Assembly: GCA_009103225.1 (NCBI GenBank)
Contig: RHPI01000890.1
Location: 1 to 29,149, forward strand
Length of the DNA stretch: 29,149 nucleotides
From: Chlorokybus atmophyticus
Taxonomy: Eukaryota; Plantae; Mesostigma and Chlorokybus algae
Direction of reading: 5' to 3'
The notes below the pieces were generated by a model, which had not been told where the DNA came from, made no database searches, and saw nothing but the letters and a program-made list of their open reading frames with translations. Below are positions 21,960 through 29,149 of this stretch, in pieces. Each line of letters opens with the position of its first letter. Position 1 is the first letter of the stretch. A program made the translations under genes and the position numbers.

Positions 21960-22753
21960 TGGTTGGACAGAAATCTACTGTGCTTGTGGGTGCCTTGAAG
22001 TGCAAAACCCGTAGAGTCGCCTGGCATGCATGCAGCCTGTGCACATCTGGTTGTGAGCAAATGTCGGTGGCTTTTGTGTAAAACATAAAAGCAACACCAA
22101 AGACGTGCCTGGCCTGCAAAATCTGTCTCGTGGATGGACGCATGCGTGCCTTCGCAACGTCTATACATATACATCTATACACAGCAGCAAGCAGGTGGTC
22201 AATGATGCCTCCCAGCACATGCATTGCGTCAGGGGCAAGGCAAGAGTAGCAGTCAGCTCCCAGCGCTCGCGACTGTTAAATGCAACCCCACAGTGCATTC
22301 CGTTGCCAAACCACATTGCATGGTTACATGAACAGCCATTCATCTTCACGAATGCCGGTAATTTGACCATTATCTCCTCTACATGCATGACTGCTTTTTG
22401 AAAGCCTTGGCTGTCTAGCATGCATTCTTAACATCGCTAGGCAAGTCCGCCGCAATTGTTGTATTGCTAGTGTGTAGAAAGCCTCGGTCTTTAAATTTGC
22501 GTTCTCATCCATCTCCAACAGATTTAATTTGATGACGAGGCAAACATCGCAAGGATGCCGTATTTGGTTGCCCAGTATTGTTTGTGCGAGTGTGTGTAGC
22601 AGTATCCTGCAACACGACAAACTCAGATGCTCCACTGCCAACATCCTCCGTGCACTCTTTGCCGGCAGGCTGCATCAGGTTACAACCATGCATGCCCACT
22701 ACCTGCAAGTTGCTGATGTAGATAGCAAGTGCAGGAAACACACGACGCTCGAT

Positions 22754-23151
22754 TGTTGAAGGACTAGCATGCACATGTAGCTGAGGCAAGCATGGACACA
22801 CAGAGACAGAGCTACCGCCACTAGAGCATACACAGGTCACATCACATTCATCTATTACCAGCCAGCTACATACACGTCTACATTTGCAAGCACTGCGTAA
22901 GCTATACTCAGCCTTTTCACGCGCTCCAAGCTGCGCTGTCTGTACAACTAGAGCTTTTCAACAAGCTCTCACACGCCCAATATGATTAACTATACGCAGA
23001 GATACAAAGCAGTTAGTAAGGCTCCAGTCTGGAATCCGGAGTCTGGTCCGACGGTGTCGTCTTGCTAAGTTCAGACCTAGTGCTCGTCCTTACGAACCTC
23101 TACTCATGTGTCGAGGGTCGGTGCTGATCGTATTTAAAAGTACTCTCAACA
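22754..23151 (-). mobile_element. Solo LTR of the copia-2 family (398 bp)
   Basis: Diverged reverse complement of 27337-27761, TG...CA. Flanks TCGAT (22749-22753) and TTGAT (23152-23156) form a TSD with one mismatch. No PBS or internal region adjacent. Confidence 0.93.
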
Positions 23152-23801
23152 TTGATGCCATTCATGTCGATGAGCTGCCAACCTTCCCAGCTCGCCCGCT
23201 TTACATCCCCTAACACTACATGAAAAGCGTCATGAAAAATCGCACGTTTTCGAATTAGAAACGATTCCTTGCCCTGCGCTCAGGTGGGATGCCCTGCCAC
23301 TGCGTGAATCACCGGCAGAAGCGCTATCATAACAACCCCCATGTTGTTAGCATAGATGTGCCAACCATAGTTAAGCAAGCGACGCCATCAGACGGTAGCC
23401 AGAGCGCTTGCCCGCGCTGTCTAGCGTGGTCTTGTCACTGTACGGAATGGCAAGCGCCAAGTAGGACGCTTCCCCCACCTCTCTCCTTTAATCCACCACA
23501 ACATCCTTCCGGTAATTGCCCGTGGAAGAATGGCCAAAGCTGTGCTCATCACCATTGTACTGGAGATCGAAGCCACTAGCGGCATGTTCTTTGCCATACA
23601 ACCGCGCAAGCCGTACTTGCTCCGAAAAAGAGCATTAATGTCGCAATATGTTTTCCCTGCCGGCCGACTAAATATTGGCAACGGCCGTGCACCTGAGGAC
23701 ACTAATTTAGACTGTCGTGGCTCAGGCCACCTGTAATCTTGATACAGGGACCTAATAGTAACTTTCGTTACTATGAGGCCCTTTTTGTTACAATTTAGTC
23801 T

Positions 23802-24017
23802 TTAACAGTTGACTATGCCTAACTAACAGGCGCCGGTTAGTTACCTACCAGGCTTTAACAAATGACTTTGTGTAATTTACAGGCAACTGTTAGTTACACA
23901 TGAGGCCTTATTAGGTGACTACAACTAATCAACGGGCACCTGTAAGTTACACATTAGTCTAACTTAGGTGACTCAGCCTATGTGACAGGCACCTGCAGGT
24001 TACACACCAGTCCAGCG
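23802..24017. repeat. 53-bp tandem minisatellite, about 4 units (copy B)
   Basis: Same unit as 6787-7052, with one unit fewer. Confidence 0.85.
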
Positions 24018-24406
24018 CAGGCGACTAAGCCTAATTCACAAGCACCAACTAGGTAATTATCGACAAAATAAGGCATTCTTTAACAACTGAAGGTGACTAA
24101 TGCCTAACTGTCGTCATATGTATTTGCATAGCTTGACTACACGCGACTGTCACTGACTTCCAGCATTGTTATGTGCCTGTGCTGTGTACATGTACCTGAA
24201 ATGTGTACAGTGTCTCTCAATCACTTGCCAAGGCTTGTAGTTCAATTATGTGACTCGAATGCAGTTCTGTTGTATATCATAGGGATGCAAGTATTGATGT
24301 GCATGAGCATAATGACGATTGACTGAGCTGGTTTAAGATGCACAACACTCAGTCACAAGAGCCTTGTAGCTATGTACACTACCAGCTAAACGGACTGCCA
24401 ACTGCG

Positions 24407-26214
24407 CTACAGCTCCTCTCCATCATCGCTTTGCTCGTCATTACGGAACAAAGCACCACGCGCTGGGGCCTGTGGAGGAGACGCCGGAGCTTGCTCGTCC
24501 TCCTCAAACGGTTGTGCCAGCCAATGAAATGCCGTTTCTGCCTCAGCGAGCGGGTCACGAGCTGCTGTCTCTTGCGGCCGGCGCCGATTGGGATCTTTCA
24601 GGTATTCGACACAAGATGCAGTGCGGCGTTTCACAAGGGTGAATGGCTGGAGGGCTGCGTACCGTTGCCTCATCTCCCGCTTCATTGACATGATCATGGT
24701 GTTGATTTCGCTGAGGTACTCTTCATGTGTGTCTATGCTGGCAGCTAGGAGAGGGTCTCCATCCTTGCCCTTTAGGATGCGCTCCACCTGCGTAGTTTAC
24801 AGGCATGTCTTAGTGGCATCGAAAGCCACTATTCACTGCAACGCGTCTGCAAGCCTGTAGTTTGGGGCTACAGCATTCCCGAATTGCTAATGCTGGAGTT
24901 CAGAGTGCTCACCGTAAGCAACAGGTATGCGAGGTGGTTGACTGTCAGCTGCCGGCGACCAGGTGTCGTGACGGCGTAAGACCAGCATTGCACGATTATT
25001 TGCCAGATTATGGGATTGCCCCATTCACGGATGTATCTCCTCCGCTCCGGGTCTGCAGTGTCGGTCACCTCAAACCTCTGCCATAACTTGTCTGCGACAT
25101 TCATACCGACAAGGCATTAGGCACGGAATAGATAGTTCAAGATGAGCCTGCACCAGGCTAGAATAGTGCCCGTGACTTACTTTGGAGCGCGTTGCGCATT
25201 CGGGCTTTTTGAGTCTCCGGGTCCATTAGGGCGTCGATATGCCTGATTGAATCGCTTATAATAGGCGAGATGAGTGCGTGTGTATGGAGGCTGAGTGAGA
25301 AGGCAGTGTTGCATAGCAGACATGGTGGTGAGGGACCCAACTCACTTGCGCTTGTTGCTGTTAAACAGTGTCCACTTGTACTTCTTCTCAAGGACATGCT
25401 TGATCTTGGTGACGTTCTCAGACCGGACCTGCGTAGCTTTCTTCAGGGCGATACTCTAGTGGAAGGGGCACTTCTTGGGAGTCCAGTACACCTTATAGAA
25501 CTTGGCCGCATCGGCCTCGTCGTCATGGTCGAAGCCAACTACCTGTCACGGGCAGGTTGGTCAGTGTCACGGTGCAGTGCGGTCATGAAGCATTCACAGC
25601 ACCTGACACATGACGTTACGAATAGTGTCCTCCTTGGGATAAACGTGGCTCTCTACCCAGTGGCCGTTTATGATTTTAACGACGGCATCTCGCAAATGCT
25701 GTCCACAAAAGAACAATCCGTTACACACAATGTCACAGTGTCACACAGTGCTTACCTCGTTGCCAATCTTCCACTTGCTTGGGGAAGGGTTGCTGACGGC
25801 CGAGGTTGCCACGTCACGGCCAAATGCGTTTGGGTTGGGGGTTTCAATCGACCCTGTGCAAGCACAACCACATGAGTCATGCTGCCAGCCATGAAAGATG
25901 CAACCCTCACAGTTGCAAAAGAAGAACAACGTGCACAGTGTATTCAGAACGCATGCAGTGAGTCACTGTGCTAGTCATGAAAGAAGCAAGCATCCAAGGT
26001 AGAAGTTGAGCAAGAAGCAACGTGCACAGTGCATCAAGAACGCATGCAGTCTAGCTTGCCCTGGAGACTGCGGTGTCAGGTGGAGTTGTTGTGATGTGTT
26101 GGGCGTTAGCGCGGGGTCTTGCTGCAATTGGTTGGCGACGGTTGCCTGGTTGAACACTGGGGGCAATGTGGACAACTGGCGCCGACCTCCATGACGAGGT
26201 GCACTTACGGATGG
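24407..26214 (-). pseudogene. ORF-L copy B (start codon deleted, downstream exons open)
   Basis: Exons: ..SKWKIGNE | HLRDAVVKIINGHWVESHVYPKEDTIRNVMCQ (25698-25603) | VVGFDHDDEADAAKFYK | SIALKK..KRK | HIDALMDPETQKARMRNALQ | KLWQRFEV..AYLLLT | VERILKG..DGEEL*, with canonical GT-AG boundaries. Confidence 0.7.
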
Positions 26215-27209
26215 GGCTGTCCAACATGCATCACCAACATTGGACAAGCCAACAGGCCATTAAAGACCATCTTCACACAGAGAGCTGCTTGGTGGCTCGC
26301 TTTCTGCAACAAGGAGTGGATCAGGAGCTGCAGTCCTTGGAGCCCCTTGTCAGAACCATGCGGGACCAATTGCGGCTGTGGGAACAAGCACAAAGGAATG
26401 CAGAGGTACGCTCAACACTCACATGCATTTCCTTGCAAGAGCAATTGGTTTTTTAGCGCAGTCCATGTGATATATGTAGCGTGGCTGCAGGCCTCCACTA
26501 TTCACCCATACCTACCCTACAGTCAAGCCGACGTTGCGGAAGCAAGAGCAGATAGACAGAGCTGGGCGGCGGTATGTTGTTGTCAATCTCGCTGTGCATG
26601 TTGACTGCAATGTTGGCTCCAATGCATGCCTACCTTTGCATGCTAGGATGTGCGTGAGCGTGCGAAGTCGCGCGCGCGTGCCGAACGAAGTAGGCTGGGT
26701 TTGAGCACAGGAGCGCGTGGCCATTCGTCCGGCATTCAACCAATAGTGCATCAACCAGCAATGACGCAGTCCATGCAATCATTCGTGCATCAACCAGCAA
26801 TGTCGCAGGTGACTGTTTCGAAGCAACCAACTGATGACGGTGTGACGCAGTTGACTATTGCAATTGCAGTGTCGCAAGCATGCAGCTAACCCACATGTGA
26901 TTGGTTGACAGCACCACAGTGCACTAGGTCCTGTTGGAGCTCCTATGCAAGCCTGGATTCAATCCCATCAACTGGTCCTTTAATCCCACTTGCTGATGGG
27001 CGCGGCGGCAATGCGGCATCAGTTTAACATGCATGTTGGCCTGTTGAATCCCGACATGTCCATTGGGGCAGTGGCGCATGATGTGCCCATGGCTCACGAG
27101 CTCCGTGACGAGTCTGCCATCGAGGATGGCGGGGAGAGTGCACCCAATACCACCTTGTCAGCCCCCATGGCTTCCCCTGCTCCATGCAGCCCACGGGCCA
27201 TTGAGGTAA
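26211..27209 (+). pseudogene. ORF-R copy B, 5' exons only
   Basis: GLSNMHHQHW..RLWEQAQRNAE|GTACGC, DVRERAKSRARAERS..MSQ|GTGACT and ..PCSPRAIE|GTAAGT, all homologous to copy A. Confidence 0.6.
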
Positions 27210-27336
27210 GTCGCTGTCTCTTGTGCTCGTGCCTTGGTAACAATGCGTCAGGCACATGCATAAGCTTATATTCGTCCTTTGCAACATTGTGAGCCATCTT
27301 ATCCTGGGTCCTGTATACAGCCCCCCTTGCTGCATG

Positions 27337-27761
27337 TGTTGAGAGTCATTCCTACATACGATCAGCATCGACCCTCCACACAGGAGTAGAAGGTCGTAAG
27401 GACGAGCACTAGGTCCGGACTTAGCAAGATGGCGTCGTCGGACCAGACTCCGGACTCCAGACAGGAGCCTTACTAACTGCTTCGTATCTCCGCGTATACT
27501 GACTCGTATTAGGCGTGTGAGAGCTTGTTGGAAAGCTCTGGTTGTAAGGAAGACAACACAGCCTAGAGCGCGTCAAAAGGCTGAGTATAGCTTACGCAGT
27601 GCTTGCAAACGTAGACGTGTGTGTAACTGGCTGGTATAAGAACCAGCGGACAACTTGTAATAGAAGAATGTGATGTGACTTGTGTATGCTCTGGTGGCGG
27701 TAGCTCTGTCTCTGTGTGTCTATGCTTGCCTCAGCTACATGTGCATGCTAATCCTTCAACA
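27337..27761 (+). repeat. copia-2 5' LTR (425 bp)
   Basis: TGTTGAGAG...CCTTCAACA followed by the PBS; homologous to the solo LTR. Confidence 0.95.
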
Positions 27762-27888
27762 GGTTATGGGCCCACACTACGCTTGAGGAGTGTGAGACTA
27801 GCTTGTGTGCATAGTAGTTCTACACTACGGTAGCTTGTTGGTAGCAGAGCCTTGGGTGTCAACTGCAAGAAAGGCAGGCTCGACAGAA

Positions 27889-29149
27889 ATGGAGGCGACC
27901 TACGACAAGGGGCAGATTGCAAAGCTGGACACCGACAACTACAACACATGGTGCGTGGAGATGAAGGCTTGCTCATCCACAAGAAGGTGTGGAAGTACGT
28001 TGATCCGAAGGCACCACCACCAACACCAGGAGCGAACACTGTGTGGTCAGAGCATTCAGCAGAAGCACACTCTTTGCTTGTGTTGAACAGCAAACCGCAT
28101 CACTTTCCCATGCTCACTGCATGTGAAGATGGTAGACAAGCTTGGGAAAAGCTATCAGCCGTTTTCAGAGCCAAGAACAATGCCAGAAAATTGCAGCTAC
28201 GCAAGCAGCTCAGCGCACTCAGGAAGGAGGCAGCAGAACCTATCACAAAGTATGTTGCGCGCGCGAGAGAGCTGTGGGCGGACCTCATCAACGTCGGCCA
28301 CAACATGGGGGAGACGGAGGTAGTGCTGGCCATTGTTGCAGGGCTACCAGCAGAGTACGAGGTCGTCGCAACCCTGCTGGAGACGTCATCATCGGAGTTG
28401 ACGTTGGACGATGTGCTACCGAAGCTGCTCACCGTGGAGCAGAGGGTTGTGAAGAAGGACGAGCAAGCGGATGCCGTCGCCTTCTACACCGGCAAGCACG
28501 CAAAGAAGAGCAACCATGAAGAGAAGTACAAGGGCAACAAGCCAGGCAATCCTCGTCACAAAGACCTCACATGCCACTGGTGTGGTTGGAAGGGGCACAT
28601 GGTGAAGGACTGTAGGAGGAAACAACAGGGGCAACCTAGAGCAAGCACCAGCAACAGCGGCAAAGAGCACCAACACAAGGAGAAACATGTCGCCTTCACT
28701 GCATCCGGTTCGAGGGCGGGCACAGCTTTCTGGGTGGTGGACTCTGGCTGCGATCGTCATCTCACACCAAACAAGGAGGTGATGGAGGGCTACAGGAAGC
28801 TGACGTCCACAATCAAGGTGGCGGGCTTCGGTGGCGAAGTACTGGTGGCTGAGGGAGTTGGCAACGTACGACTCCAGTGCAAGGTTGGTAACACACTACG
28901 CGAGGTGTTGTTACGCAACGTCCTGCATGTTCCTAAGGCTATTGCGAGTCTATTCTCTGTGAGGGTTGCCGAGCGCTTAGGCGCGGAGATCCTATTTCGG
29001 AAGGGTGGCTGCTCAGTCACCCTTGATGGGATCGTGCACATGGTTGGAATCGCTGATCCGGGAGGGCTCTACCACGTGGAGCAGCCTCAAGACAGAGACA
29101 TTCAAGCCATGGTGGTGAAGGACAAGGAGTCGCCAACATTGTGGCATCG
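27889..29149 (+). pseudogene. copia-2 gag-pol, 5' part with one frameshift
   Basis: MEATYDKGQIAKLDTDNYNTWCVEMKA, then a 1-nt loss near 27970. The frame is then open to the window end: CHWCGWKGHMVKDC, intact protease WVVDSGCDRH, and LWH at the start of integrase. Confidence 0.9.

Larger units (their letters stand above)
20300..23640 (-). pseudogene. Plavaka-type (CMC/EnSpm-related) DDE transposase, spliced and fragmented
   Basis: Ordered motifs on the - strand: SFGHSSTGNY; LALAIPYSDKTTLDSAGKRSGY (YSDKT 23428-23442); IALLPV..KRAIFHDAFHVVLGDVK; NGI[solo LTR]RRVFPALAIYI; HPCDVCLV; LAPDAMHVLGG (PDAMH 22219-22233); VLHFK. After the inverted duplication: YAKNIKQWACG..YHARILKAW (about 20520-20620). 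Several stops and frameshifts. Confidence 0.75.
23636..27336. mobile_element. Large multi-gene repeat, copy B
   Basis: Colinear with copy A but lacks 630 bp (A 9186-9815). Interrupted at 27336 by copia-2. Confidence 0.85.
27337..29149 (+). mobile_element. Ty1/copia LTR retrotransposon (copia-2), 5' part, runs off window
   Basis: 5' LTR 27337-27761 (TG...CA), PBS GGTTATGGGCCCA at 27762-27774, gag-pol homologous to copia-1. Left flank GCATG (27332-27336) matches the empty site in copy A (15957-15961). Confidence 0.95.

Noticed and set aside
23214-23226. CACTACATGAAAA, one mismatch from the En/Spm TIR CACTACAAGAAAA (also near the end of copy C)
   Set aside because: It is the reverse complement of transposase codons (FHDAFHVVLGDVK) in mid-gene. 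Homology and coding continue beyond it, and there is no 3-bp TSD.
25456-25458. In-frame TAG shared by both ORF-L copies (also 8497-8499), suggesting readthrough or a TAR=Gln code
   Set aside because: It fits a 3' splice site (CCCCTTCCACTAG) of a 36-nt GT-AG intron. The 1293-codon copia ORF has no internal TAA/TAG, consistent with the standard code.
6623-27336. Endogenous giant virus region
   Set aside because: No NCLDV hallmark genes recognised. Content is explained by transposase-linked repeats and LTR elements.

Overview
Eukaryotic, intron-rich window. The GT/GC-AG introns ending in TGCAG and the Osser/copia-type PBS suggest a chlorophyte green alga (inference). It is almost entirely nested, decaying transposon sequence. 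From left to right: (1) a degenerate SET-MYND (SMYD-like) pseudogene; (2) a 527-bp TRIM with identical 79-bp LTRs and a 5-bp TSD, whose LTR/internal junction forms a tRNA-spaced A-box/B-box; (3) copy A of a large multi-gene repeat carrying a 53-bp minisatellite, an orphan spliced gene (ORF-L, -), a GTAC-rich divergent promoter and a spliced OTU-protease-like gene (ORF-R, +), interrupted by a full-length Ty1/copia whose protease catalytic Asp reads Ala; (4) after a 1-N contig join, a Cys-rich/Tudor gene fragment converging on a spliced Plavaka-type (CMC/EnSpm-related) transposase pseudogene that the ORF track misses, broken by a solo LTR and a 1.3-kb inverted duplication; (5) copy B of the large repeat, interrupted by a second, related copia that runs off the window. 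All domain calls are by-eye motif recognition and need HMM confirmation.
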